Positions 25,465-35,088 of a stretch of DNA of 64,000 nt are shown piece by piece. Numbering within the stretch: the first letter of the stretch is position 1; each line of letters starts with the position of its first letter. The position numbers and the translations under genes are program-made. The stretch is from Gemmatimonadales bacterium (GTDB lineage Bacteria > Gemmatimonadota > Gemmatimonadetes > Gemmatimonadales > GWC2-71-9). The stretch is taken from contig JBFJHJ010000012.1 of the NCBI GenBank assembly GCA_041613315.1, forward strand, positions 9,731 through 73,730, in the 5' to 3' direction. Below the pieces are notes generated by a model, which did no database searches, was not told where the DNA came from, and was given only the letters and a program-made list of their open reading frames with translations.

Positions 25465-28400
25465 TCAGGGCACCCGCACCGTGACCTCCACTTGGCCCGG
25501 CGCCAGCGGGACCACGTGTTCGCGTCCGCCGGGCCACCGGACCGACAGCGCCGTCGGCTCACCGGCACGCCCCAGGACCTGCACCGCGCCGTTCTGCGAC
25601 CAGTACCCCGAGCCCGCCTGCACCTCCCTGACCGGCCCGGCCCGGTCACCGTAGCGCAGCCGCATTTGCGCGCCGACGGTCGTCGGGTTGCCCGGCGGGC
25701 CGACCAGCCGAACGCGGAGTCCGGGGACGGCACCGGCGTTTCGGAACAGGCGCGTGGAGGCCCCGTTCTGGCTGACGGCGAGGTCGAGCCGCCCGTCACC
25801 GTCGAAGTCCGCGTACGCCGCTCCCCGCTGGTCGCCGTAGACGATCAGGCCGGAGCGCTGCCCAGGGACGGGCTCGAGTCCCCCGGCGCCGTCACCTCGG
25901 AGCAGGAGACTCCGGCCCGCATCATGCCGCGGCGTGGCGACCTCCGTGGCGAAGAAGTTCTGACTCAGGAACAGGTCCTCGTTTCCGTCGCCGTCGAAGT
26001 CCGCGACGCCGGCGTAGAAGGCCGGCGTGAATTGCGCCTCGAGGGGCAGCGGCCGGGCCTCAAACCGATCCCCCCGGTTGAGGAACACCAGGTGGTCCAT
26101 GGTCGTGGCGCCGAGCCGGATCGCTGCTGAGGCGAGCGGGCCCAGGACCTGATCCACGGTGGCATCGGCGTAAGCACCGAACGTGCGGAGCCGTCGGGCG
26201 GCATTGGGAAGCGCCAGGGTGACGCGTTCGAAGGCGAGAAGCGGCGCGACGCCCCCGATGCGGGGGTCCTCCTGCGCCAGCACCCCGGTGGGACGGGCAC
26301 TCTCGAAGAAACCGGAGTACAGGAACAACGGCCGGGTCTGGCTCACCTGGTAGTCGGTGTTGCGGCCCCAACTGGTGGCAACGATGTCGAGCCGCCCGTC
26401 GCCGTCCAGGTCGCCGGTGGCAAGCCCGTTCCACCGGCTGTAGATCCCCGACAGGCCCGGCATCTCCGGCGCGGGCCGGAACCGGCCGCTCTCGTTCAGC
26501 CAGATGCGGATGGTTCCCCACTCGATGGCCGCGATCAGGTCCAGCCACCCATCGCCGTCGATGTCGGTGAACAGGGCCGCCGAGACCATGCCTATGCCGG
26601 CGAACCGAGCGTTATTCGCGGTATCGGGTACCAGACGCCCCCCCTCGTTCCGGTACAGCCGCGAGGACGGGGAGAGCGGGTAGCCACCTGGGAAGATCCT
26701 CCCGCCGGCGAACAGGTCGAGGTCGCCGTCCCCGTCGTAATCCGCGACGGCCAACGGGCCCACGCTCGCGCTGTCACCGGGGACCAGGGGCGTCATCGCC
26801 CCGGTCACCGGAGAATAAGTGACCACGCTGGGCGCGGCCAGGGCATCCTTGGTCGTTCCCATTTCGTAGCTCGAGACGCCGGCGATCACCGTCCGCCCTC
26901 CCCGGCCATTGGGCCAGCCCAAGACGGTGGTGAGGTCTACCTGCGCCGGAGGGACGCGTACCGCGGCTGGCCTCAGTCGGCCGCCTTCGTTCCGGAACCA
27001 GGCAAGCGTGCCGGTGCGGCCGGCGCCGACGATCAAGTCTTCGAGGCCGTCGCCGTCCGCATCGAACCAAGCGATGCCCGGCCCCAGCTGGCTGAACGCG
27101 TTGGGGAGCAGGACTTGGCGGGCGTAGTCGTCGAAGTAGGGTTCGACGTGCCGGTGGCCGCCGAGCTGGTCGGAGACATCCTGGAACAGCGCCGGCGCGG
27201 GGTCCGGCGCCGGGTCCGATGTGGGCAGCGCGGCGACCTGGTCGATCTCGTAGAGCCGGTTGGGGCGCGCGCCCTCGATCACCGTCCGGCGGCCGTCGCG
27301 CCAGTCCACTTCGATCGTCACCACCTCCGCCTTTCCCGTCGCGAAGGCGAGAAGGGCCTCCGAGCCCGAGAGATACAGGCCGCCGGCGATGACTTCTCGC
27401 TGCTGCCTCGGCACCGCACCACCGAGCACCCGCACCCGGCTGCCGATGCCCCTGGTGTTCGGCGGCTCGCCGCGGAGCCGGATCGCGACCCGCGGCGCGG
27501 TGGCATCGCTGCGCAGGACGGCGACCGGCGTGCCAAGCCGGTTGATGACGACGTCCAGATCGCCGTCCCCGTCCAGATCGGCCAGCGCCATCCCGTGCGA
27601 AATGTCCTCTCCCACGTCGAACCGCCAGGCGCGGCTCGCATCCTCGAAGGTCAGGTCACCGCGGTTCCGGAACGTCACGTTCGGCAGCGCAAGAGGCGGG
27701 AACTCGAACAGCATGCGCCGCCAGTCGATCTCGTCGAGCCGGCTGCGCAGGCTGTACTGGGTATCTCCGTCCATGACGTCCCATGGGTGGCCGGTCCCGA
27801 TCAGGATGTCCTCCCAGCCATCGAGGTCCACGTCGAGGAACAGGGTGGACCAGGACCACCCTGAAGCTCCCACGCCGGCGAGTCGCGCGATCTCCGCGAA
27901 GGTGCCATCGCCACGGTTCAGGTGCAGGGTATTCCGCTGCATCTGGGGGCGGCCTTCTCCCTGCCCGGGCTTCTTGGGCACCGCGGTGTGCGTCGCGATC
28001 TGCGTCTTGAGCCGGCGCGTGTCCTGGCTCAGCATGTCCACCTGGAAGAGGTCCGGCCGTCCGTCGCGGTCCACGTCCCCCACGTCCACGGCCATGGTCG
28101 AGTTGCTGGTGGAGCGCAGGGCGTACCACGGCGCCAGCCGGAAATTCCCCCGGCCGTCGTTGAGCCAAAACTGGTCGGGGTCCTCGAAGTCGTTGGCCAC
28201 GTACAGGTCGGGCGCGCCGTCGCCGTTCAGATCCGCGAACATCGCGGCGAGACCGAAGTCCTCCGGCTCTTCCGCGAGCACGCGGCCGTGCTCGTCCACG
28301 AACCGGGGGTTGCCCGCGATCGGCTCGCGGACGAATCGGCCGGCCCCGTCGTTCCGGTAGAAGAAATCGGGGTCCGCGCGCTGCACCAGGCTGATCCCGC

Positions 28401-29136
28401 CCAGGTCCTCACGGTCGACCAGCTTGTACTCCGCGCGGTATCGCTCCCGAACCTCAGACTGCCGGAAACCCAGCGGCCGCACGACCTGATCGAAGGCCCG
28501 CTCCTGCGGCGACATCCGGTCGAGGGTGGTGTAGGCTTTGTAGTTGACGACGTACAGGTCGAGGTCGCCGTCGCCATCCACGTCGGCCACGGCGATCGTG
28601 GTGCTCCCGGCCGACGAGGTCAGGCCGGCGCCCTCGCCTTGCTCGGTGAAACGCCCAGTGCCGTCGTTTAGGAAGAGCGCATTCGGCCCGCCGAGGGCGA
28701 GGAGGATCAGATCGAGATGTCCGTTGCCGTCGACGTCCGCGAACACGCAGCCCGTGGAGTAGCGGTCGGGCGCCGCGACGCCCGTACGCTCGGCGATGTC
28801 CTCGAAGCGCCACCCGCCGAGGTTGCGATAGAGCGCGTTGGGCCCCTCCGTGCGGGCAAGGAACATGTCCACCATCCCGTCGCCGTCCACGTCCCCGAAG
28901 CACACGCCGCCCCCCTCAGCCAGGATGCGGTTCCTGACGACCAGCGACTCGCTCACGGTATTACGGAAGGTGACGCCGGTTCGGCGGGAATGAAGCAGCG
29001 TGAAGCCGGGCGTGCCTCTCCGCGGGACGTCCAGCGCCCGCCAGCGGTACCCCTCGCTGTCGTGCCACGCCGTGTCGGCGGGTTGGCCGCAGCTCGCGAC
29101 GAGCAAGGCGAGAACCAGGAACCGGTGCCCGCTCAT
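25465..29136 (-). CDS. FG-GAP/VCBS-repeat lipoprotein with two ASPIC/UnbV domains (CRTAC1-like)
   Basis: Lipobox VASC; many DxDGDGxxDL repeats; two N..GIG/VG.......GxGY.S..L.F/LG..V.WP/R.G segments (middle and C-terminus). Confidence 0.9.
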   Translation of the reverse strand: MSGHRFLVLALLVASCGQPADTAWHDSEGYRWRALDVPRRGTPGFTLLHSRRTGVTFRNTVSESLVVRNRILAEGGGVCFGDVDGDGMVDMFLARTEGPNALYRNLGGWRFEDIAERTGVAAPDRYSTGCVFADVDGNGHLDLILLALGGPNALFLNDGTGRFTEQGEGAGLTSSAGSTTIAVADVDGDGDLDLYVVNYKAYTTLDRMSPQERAFDQVVRPLGFRQSEVRERYRAEYKLVDREDLGGISLVQRADPDFFYRNDGAGRFVREPIAGNPRFVDEHGRVLAEEPEDFGLAAMFADLNGDGAPDLYVANDFEDPDQFWLNDGRGNFRLAPWYALRSTSNSTMAVDVGDVDRDGRPDLFQVDMLSQDTRRLKTQIATHTAVPKKPGQGEGRPQMQRNTLHLNRGDGTFAEIARLAGVGASGWSWSTLFLDVDLDGWEDILIGTGHPWDVMDGDTQYSLRSRLDEIDWRRMLFEFPPLALPNVTFRNRGDLTFEDASRAWRFDVGEDISHGMALADLDGDGDLDVVINRLGTPVAVLRSDATAPRVAIRLRGEPPNTRGIGSRVRVLGGAVPRQQREVIAGGLYLSGSEALLAFATGKAEVVTIEVDWRDGRRTVIEGARPNRLYEIDQVAALPTSDPAPDPAPALFQDVSDQLGGHRHVEPYFDDYARQVLLPNAFSQLGPGIAWFDADGDGLEDLIVGAGRTGTLAWFRNEGGRLRPAAVRVPPAQVDLTTVLGWPNGRGGRTVIAGVSSYEMGTTKDALAAPSVVTYSPVTGAMTPLVPGDSASVGPLAVADYDGDGDLDLFAGGRIFPGGYPLSPSSRLYRNEGGRLVPDTANNARFAGIGMVSAALFTDIDGDGWLDLIAAIEWGTIRIWLNESGRFRPAPEMPGLSGIYSRWNGLATGDLDGDGRLDIVATSWGRNTDYQVSQTRPLFLYSGFFESARPTGVLAQEDPRIGGVAPLLAFERVTLALPNAARRLRTFGAYADATVDQVLGPLASAAIRLGATTMDHLVFLNRGDRFEARPLPLEAQFTPAFYAGVADFDGDGNEDLFLSQNFFATEVATPRHDAGRSLLLRGDGAGGLEPVPGQRSGLIVYGDQRGAAYADFDGDGRLDLAVSQNGASTRLFRNAGAVPGLRVRLVGPPGNPTTVGAQMRLRYGDRAGPVREVQAGSGYWSQNGAVQVLGRAGEPTALSVRWPGGREHVVPLAPGQVEVTVRVP

Positions 29137-29358
29137 CGTGCGAGCCCCGCCCGTGCGCCGAGCCGCTCCAGTACCACGGCCGCCTCGTGGAACGACGCGT
29201 ACCGGCGGACGGGATGGCCGAGCGCCAGGTCGGCTGAGGGAATGGATCGCGGAGTACACGGTGTCCATCCGCTACGGCTGTAGCCTGCGCTTCGAGTTGT
29301 CACGCGCACGGCGAAACAGAGGAGGAGCTCGTTGATCGGCGGTGGCACGGCCAGCTCG

Positions 29359-30900
29359 CTAGTTCACCCGCACGGCGGCGGCTGCCGCCAGGATCTTCAT
29401 CCCCCGAAACAGATTCCCCAGCCGCACGTTCTCGTTCGCCGCGTGCTGGTTGTTGTCATGGTTCACGATCGGCACCACGACGAACGGCGCTCCGAGAACG
29501 TCGGTGAACACGTAGGCCGGCCCGCTGCCGCCCATCGTGGGGCTCACGACGGGGTTGCCCAACCCCGCTCGCCGGAGCGCCTCGACGAGTCCCACCGCTG
29601 CCGGATGATCCAACGGCGTCCGGCCCGCCGGGTACCCCTCACCCGCCGTCACCTGCACCAATCGCGGCGTGGTGACCCGCGTGGCCGAATCGGGCGCGGA
29701 GCCCACGACGGTATAGCCCTGGTCCTCGATGTGGCGCACCAGCTTCGCGACCTGCGCGGCGGGGTCGTTGCCTGCCACGAGCCTGAGATCCAGCTCGGCG
29801 ATCGCGACGTCCGGGATCAATGTGCGGGCCTGGGCGCCGGTGAAGAGACTGCGAAGGCCACGCACGTTGAGCGACGGCTGCGCGATCAACTCGAGCCGCG
29901 TCCGCCCGTCGCCGTCCATCGACCCCAGCTGGAGCTGGCGCCGGCGCGCCTCGTCGTCGTGCGGGTACGCGTCGAGCGCCGCCCGCTCGGCGGGCCCTAG
30001 CGGGACCATGTCGTCCGCCCACCCCCGCACGAGCACCGCGCCGTCGGGTCCCTTCATGCTGGCCAGGAGCTGGGCGAGACGCATGGCGGGGTTGGGCGCC
30101 CAGTTGCCGTAATGCCCCGAATGGAGCGGACGCACCGGGCCGTACAGGGTGAGCGTCACTGCCGCGAGCCCGCGTAGCCCGAAGTCGGCGGTCGGCCGCC
30201 CCGACGGATGGATCGGGCCGTCCGCCATCACCACGAGGTCGGCGGCGAGCAGGTCGCGATGCTCCCGCGCGACCTCGGCGAGGTGCTGCGAGCCGGCCTC
30301 CTCGTCCCCCTCGAACAGGAAGGTGAGCCGGTTCGGGAGGGAGACGCCCGCCGCACGCCAGGCGTCGAGCACATGCAGGAGGGCGACGATTGGCGCCTTG
30401 TCGTCGCTCGCGGATCGAGCGTACAGCCGCCAGTCGTCGGGGTAGGGCTCACGCCCCGACGGCCAGCTAGTGACGGGCGCGCCGCCCGCCTCGATCGCCG
30501 CCGTTCGGAGCACCGGCCGCCAGGGGTCGTCCTGCGCCCAGTCGGATGCATCGGCGGGTTGGCCGTCGTAATGACAGTAGAACAGGATGGTGGGGAGCGA
30601 CTGATCGCCGATCTCGCCGAAGACGAGGGGCTGGGCCCCCGTCTCGAGCAGCCTGGCCCGGACGCCACGCCGCTCCAGCATCGCCACCAGCGTCTCCGCG
30701 TTGCGCCGGATGTTGACGAGGTCCGCGGCCACGTTCGGGATCGCGAGCAGGTCGCTGAGCTCGGTTACCACGGCGGCCTGGTGGCGCTCGAGATAGCGGT
30801 CCACCGCCCGAAGCGGATCCTGGGCGGCGGCTGGAGGAGCCGCCGCGAGGAGTCCCAACGGGACGACCAATGACGCGGCGCGGGGTATGATGGTAGTCAC
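29359..30900 (-). CDS. Exported M20/M25/M40-family metallopeptidase
   Basis: Signal ending AAAQ; YCHYDGQP, YARSASDDK, EGDEEAGS, LHSGHYG, NQHAANEN; start GTG 30900. Confidence 0.9.
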   Translation of the reverse strand: MTTIIPRAASLVVPLGLLAAAPPAAAQDPLRAVDRYLERHQAAVVTELSDLLAIPNVAADLVNIRRNAETLVAMLERRGVRARLLETGAQPLVFGEIGDQSLPTILFYCHYDGQPADASDWAQDDPWRPVLRTAAIEAGGAPVTSWPSGREPYPDDWRLYARSASDDKAPIVALLHVLDAWRAAGVSLPNRLTFLFEGDEEAGSQHLAEVAREHRDLLAADLVVMADGPIHPSGRPTADFGLRGLAAVTLTLYGPVRPLHSGHYGNWAPNPAMRLAQLLASMKGPDGAVLVRGWADDMVPLGPAERAALDAYPHDDEARRRQLQLGSMDGDGRTRLELIAQPSLNVRGLRSLFTGAQARTLIPDVAIAELDLRLVAGNDPAAQVAKLVRHIEDQGYTVVGSAPDSATRVTTPRLVQVTAGEGYPAGRTPLDHPAAVGLVEALRRAGLGNPVVSPTMGGSGPAYVFTDVLGAPFVVVPIVNHDNNQHAANENVRLGNLFRGMKILAAAAAVRVN

Positions 30901-31000
30901 GAGCCTGCCTGTCTCGAGTAGCGTGGTGTGGTTACACTCCGCTGCGGGGACGAGCGGCCACGCAGGGCCGTCGGCGATGCTTGAGGACGAAGATACCTCC

Positions 31001-33163
31001 ATGGGACGTCAACGCCATTTCGATCGTTGGCAGCGCGTAGGCGCTTCGGCGCGCCGGTGGCGCCGTTCCGCGGCGACGGTGGCGGGTGTGGCCACCGTCG
31101 TGGGTGCCGTCGCGGCAGTCCACGGTCCGGGTCCGACACCGATCGTGTCCCCCGCGGCGCGGGACACGCTGACGTTCGCTCGCGACGTCGCGCCGATCCT
31201 CTACAGGAGCTGCGCGGGATGCCACCGGCCCGAGGGGCCGGCGCCCTTCAGCCTGCTGACGTATCGGGACGCGAAGCAGCGCGCCGAGCTGATCGTGGCC
31301 GTGACCGCGACACGGCGAATGCCGCCGTGGTTGCCCGCCGCCGGTCGCGGACGCTTTGCGGACGAGCGGCGGCTGGGCGACAGGGAGATTGCGACGTTGC
31401 AGCAGTGGGTGGCGCAGGGCGCGGTGGAAGGTGATCCCGCGGACCTGCCGGCCCGGCCATCATGGGCGGACGGGTGGCTGCTCGGCGAGCCCGATCTCGT
31501 GGTGCGGATGCCGGAGGCGTACACCCTCCATGCGAGCGGGCCCGAAGTCTTCCGCAACGTGGTGATCCCGGCCCGCGTGTCCGCAACGCGTTACGTCGCC
31601 GCAGTCGAGCTCCATCCCGGGAACCCGCGGGCGGTGCATCACGCCATGGTCATGGTGGATCGCACACCCGCTTCCCGCCAGCTGGATCTGCGGGATCCCG
31701 AACCCGGCTTCGACGGCATGCACGTGGGCAACGCCCGGATGCCGGAGGGGTTCTTCCTGGGCTGGACGCCGGGCCGTCTCCCGTTTCGGGAGCCCGAGGG
31801 CTTTGCCTGGCCCCTCGAGCCCGGGACCGACATCGTGTTACAGCTCCACCTCCGGCCTACGGGGCGCCCGGAGAGGATCGCCGCGACCGTCGGGCTCTAC
31901 TTCGCCGACCGGCCGCCCACGCGCCTTCCCACGACCCTGCGACTCGGATCGGAGACGATCGACATCACGGCGGGCGTCCCGGACTACGTCATCGAGGACC
32001 GCTACGTTCTCCCCGTCGATGTCCAGGTGCTGGGTGTGTACCCCCACGCCCATTACCTCGGCAAGGACCTCCGCGCGTTCGCGGAGTTGCCCGACGGCTC
32101 GGAGCGGTGGTTGCTGCACATACCCGACTGGGACTTCAACTGGCAGGACGCCTACCGCTACGCCGAGCCCGTAGATCTGCCCCAAGGGACGACCGTGGTG
32201 ATGCGGTACACGTACGACAACTCGGCGGCGAATCCGCGCAACCCCAACGACCCGCCACGGCGCGTCGTCTTCGGGCCGCACTCCGTGGACGAGATGGGCG
32301 ACCTGTGGATCCGGGTCCTGCCGCGGGATGCCGAGAACCTCACGATCCTGCAACGGGATGTCACGCGCAAGAACCTGGCGACCCGTCTGGCCGGCCTCCA
32401 GCAAATGGTCGCGCTCCGCCCCGACGACGCGACCGCGCAAGCGGACCTGGCGGGTCTCCTGTTCGCGCTCGGGAGATACGACGAGGCGATCGTCCGCTAC
32501 GGCCAAGCGCTCCGGATCGTGCCCGGGGACGGCAACCTGCACTACAACCTCGGGCTCGCCCTCCAGTCCCGCGGACGCCTCGACGAGGCGATCGCCCACT
32601 TCCGGCTCGCGATCCGCGCCATCCCCGCCCACGTGGATGCGTACAACAACCTGGGGAACGCGCTCATGGGTCGGGGCGACGTGGAGTGGGCCATTGCGGC
32701 ATATGGCCGCGCCCTGGCGCTCGACTCGCTCCGCGCCGACGTGCATCACAACCTGGGGCTGGCGCTGACGGCGACGGGACGGGTCGCCGACGGCCTGGCG
32801 CATGCGCGGCAGGCGGCGCGCATCGCCCCGGCGTGGCCGGCGCCGCTCCTCGCGACGGCGTGGACCCTCGCGACAACGGCAGACGATCGCGCGTGGGATC
32901 CGGCGGAGGCCGTCCGGCTGGCGGAGCGGGCGGTGACGTTGACGCGCCGACACGATCCGGGCGCGCTTCATACGCTCGGCGTCGCCTACGCCGCGGCCGG
33001 CGAGTATTTGCGCGCGATCGTGACCGCCGAGGAGGCGCTCGCGCTCGCCCGCCGCCGAGGTGACGAGCCGCTCGCCCGCGAGATCGAGGCCCTCGTGTCC
33101 CTGTACGTGCAGCAGAAGCCCTACCGGCAACCGACCGGCCGTCAGGAGGACGTGCCGCAGTAG
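31001..33163 (+). CDS. Cytochrome c + copper type II (PHM/DBH-like) monooxygenase + TPR fusion protein
   Basis: N-terminal hydrophobic segment; CAGCH; VHH, LQLH, PHAHYLG, WDFNWQ, DEMG; C-terminal TPRs (LHYNLG, AYNNLG, VHHNLG). Confidence 0.85.
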   Translation: MGRQRHFDRWQRVGASARRWRRSAATVAGVATVVGAVAAVHGPGPTPIVSPAARDTLTFARDVAPILYRSCAGCHRPEGPAPFSLLTYRDAKQRAELIVAVTATRRMPPWLPAAGRGRFADERRLGDREIATLQQWVAQGAVEGDPADLPARPSWADGWLLGEPDLVVRMPEAYTLHASGPEVFRNVVIPARVSATRYVAAVELHPGNPRAVHHAMVMVDRTPASRQLDLRDPEPGFDGMHVGNARMPEGFFLGWTPGRLPFREPEGFAWPLEPGTDIVLQLHLRPTGRPERIAATVGLYFADRPPTRLPTTLRLGSETIDITAGVPDYVIEDRYVLPVDVQVLGVYPHAHYLGKDLRAFAELPDGSERWLLHIPDWDFNWQDAYRYAEPVDLPQGTTVVMRYTYDNSAANPRNPNDPPRRVVFGPHSVDEMGDLWIRVLPRDAENLTILQRDVTRKNLATRLAGLQQMVALRPDDATAQADLAGLLFALGRYDEAIVRYGQALRIVPGDGNLHYNLGLALQSRGRLDEAIAHFRLAIRAIPAHVDAYNNLGNALMGRGDVEWAIAAYGRALALDSLRADVHHNLGLALTATGRVADGLAHARQAARIAPAWPAPLLATAWTLATTADDRAWDPAEAVRLAERAVTLTRRHDPGALHTLGVAYAAAGEYLRAIVTAEEALALARRRGDEPLAREIEALVSLYVQQKPYRQPTGRQEDVPQ

Positions 33164-33278
33164 CGGATGGCGCGCGGTGGTGGGCAGAGCCACGCGCCCG
33201 GCCGATCCCGCCGCGCTGGCATGCGTTCGGGGCCCGCCCTATTCTTCTGCGATTGCCCAATGACCCGAAGGGGACTCT

Positions 33279-34478
33279 ATGACGACTGCAACGTACGATC
33301 GGATGTTGGGGTTGCTCCTGGTGACGGTGTTGGCCGCCGGCTGCGGGGACAGCACCGGGCCGATAATCGGGTCGCCGTTCGTGTCGGTGACCACCGGCTC
33401 GCTCCACAGCTGCGGCGTCACCGAGGCCGGCTCCGTCTACTGCTGGGGGTGGAACCGCGACGGCCAACTCGGCGACGGGTCCACCTCGGACCGGAGTCGT
33501 CCGGTGCGGGCGCAGGCGGGCGGCGTCGCGTTCACGGCGGTGACGGCGGGAGGTGGGCACACCTGTGCGCTCGCGGGCGACGGCCGCGCGTTCTGCTGGG
33601 GCTTCAACCTCAACGGCCAGGTGGGCGACGGGACGCTCAACAACAGCCGGACCGCCCCGACCCAGGTGGCCGGGGGGCTGCTCTTCACCCAGTTGAGTGC
33701 CGGCGGCTCTTACACCTGCGGGATCACCACGGGCCAGGAAGCCTACTGCTGGGGCTGGAACGGCAACGGTCAGCTCGGGGACGGCACGAAGCAGGACCGT
33801 TCCCAACCGACGCTCGTGAGCGGCGGGGTCGGGTTCCGGGTCATCAGCTCCGGCGCGTTCCATACGTGCGCGCTCTCGAGCGCGGACGAGCCGTACTGCT
33901 GGGGCTCCAACTCGCTCGGGCAACTCGGAACGGGCAGCGGCGACGAGGCCACGTCGCCGGCCGCGGTGTCGGGGGGACAGACGTATCCGTCCATCAACGC
34001 CGGCTTCGAGCACAGCTGCGCCGTGACGTCCGCCGGCGAGGGGTTTTGTTGGGGGAACGCGGTGTTCGGCCAGTTGGGCACCGGCAGCCGGCTGAATGAA
34101 AACGTCCCCGCCAGCGTGGTGGGCGGGATCGTATTCAACCGCATCTCGGCGGGCGGGTTTTTCAGCTGTGGCGTTTCGACCGCTGACGAGGCCTACTGCT
34201 GGGGGCTGAACGGCAACGGCCAGCTGGGCCTCAGGGCGCCTGGCCTGTGCGCCGACCCCGGTACCGGGGTCGACTTCCCGTGCGCCCTCGAGCCGGAACC
34301 CGTATCGGGCGGACTCCGGTTCAGCTCGGTCGCGGTGGGCAACCAGCACAGCTGCGGGCTTACCACCGACCGGATCGTCTACTGCTGGGGCCTCGCCAGC
34401 AACGGACAACTGGGCAACGGCGTGTCCGGCGGCAGCGACTTTAGCGTCGATCCGGTGCGCGTCGGGGGCCAGCAGTAA
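33279..34478 (+). CDS. RCC1-repeat beta-propeller lipoprotein (copy 2)
   Basis: Lipobox AAGC; seven H(S/T)C..YCWG.N..GQLG repeats. Confidence 0.92.
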   Translation: MTTATYDRMLGLLLVTVLAAGCGDSTGPIIGSPFVSVTTGSLHSCGVTEAGSVYCWGWNRDGQLGDGSTSDRSRPVRAQAGGVAFTAVTAGGGHTCALAGDGRAFCWGFNLNGQVGDGTLNNSRTAPTQVAGGLLFTQLSAGGSYTCGITTGQEAYCWGWNGNGQLGDGTKQDRSQPTLVSGGVGFRVISSGAFHTCALSSADEPYCWGSNSLGQLGTGSGDEATSPAAVSGGQTYPSINAGFEHSCAVTSAGEGFCWGNAVFGQLGTGSRLNENVPASVVGGIVFNRISAGGFFSCGVSTADEAYCWGLNGNGQLGLRAPGLCADPGTGVDFPCALEPEPVSGGLRFSSVAVGNQHSCGLTTDRIVYCWGLASNGQLGNGVSGGSDFSVDPVRVGGQQ

Positions 34479-34484
34479 GGACGG

Positions 34485-34937
34485 TCATTGCTGCTGCGGC
34501 GGCTTGCCTCCACCGGGCGGCGACCCGCTGGTCGCCGCCTGGACCGTAAAGATCGCCGCGGCAAGCGCGGCACCGCCGATCACGAACAGCAGTCCGCTGC
34601 GCCACCCGGACAGCCGCTTGGCCTGCAGCGCGTGGGCGTTGTCCCGGGCGATCGCGACCCGGGCGCCAAGCGCGTCGTGCCGCACGCCGCTCCGAGACCA
34701 CAGGTTCTGAGCGGCGAGGACCAGTGAGTCGGTCGTCGCCGTGAGCAGTGTGCCTTCGACCTCCATGATGTTCTGCAACCGCGCTTCCACGACCTGAAAC
34801 TCGATCGGCTCCGAGAGCTGGGCGATCAGCACTTGGCCGGGCAGGGGCTCCGTGTGCCCCAATGGCCGGATGGTGTTGCACGCGCCGACGAGCACGAGGG
34901 TGAGCGACAAGGCGACCACGGACAACGGATGACGCAT
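34485..34937 (-). CDS. Hypothetical lipoprotein, paralog of 17669..18172
   Basis: Lipobox VGAC; VEG...SLVL..RLS..RSGLL plus hydrophobic helix and Pro/Gly tail. Confidence 0.78.
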   Translation of the reverse strand: MRHPLSVVALSLTLVLVGACNTIRPLGHTEPLPGQVLIAQLSEPIEFQVVEARLQNIMEVEGTLLTATTDSLVLAAQNLWSRSGVRHDALGARVAIARDNAHALQAKRLSGWRSGLLFVIGGAALAAAIFTVQAATSGSPPGGGKPPQQQ

Positions 34938-35088
34938 GGGCGGCTCCAACGGATGAACCCTTCCGAAACACTACTCGCTCTCCGGGAACGGACGCAAGCG
35001 CTCGTCAACCGGCGCGGCCGTCCCTGGGGCGGGAACCCCTCGCCGCCGTGGGCGGTTAGCGAGGGGCTGCCACCGGAGTCGTGACCCC

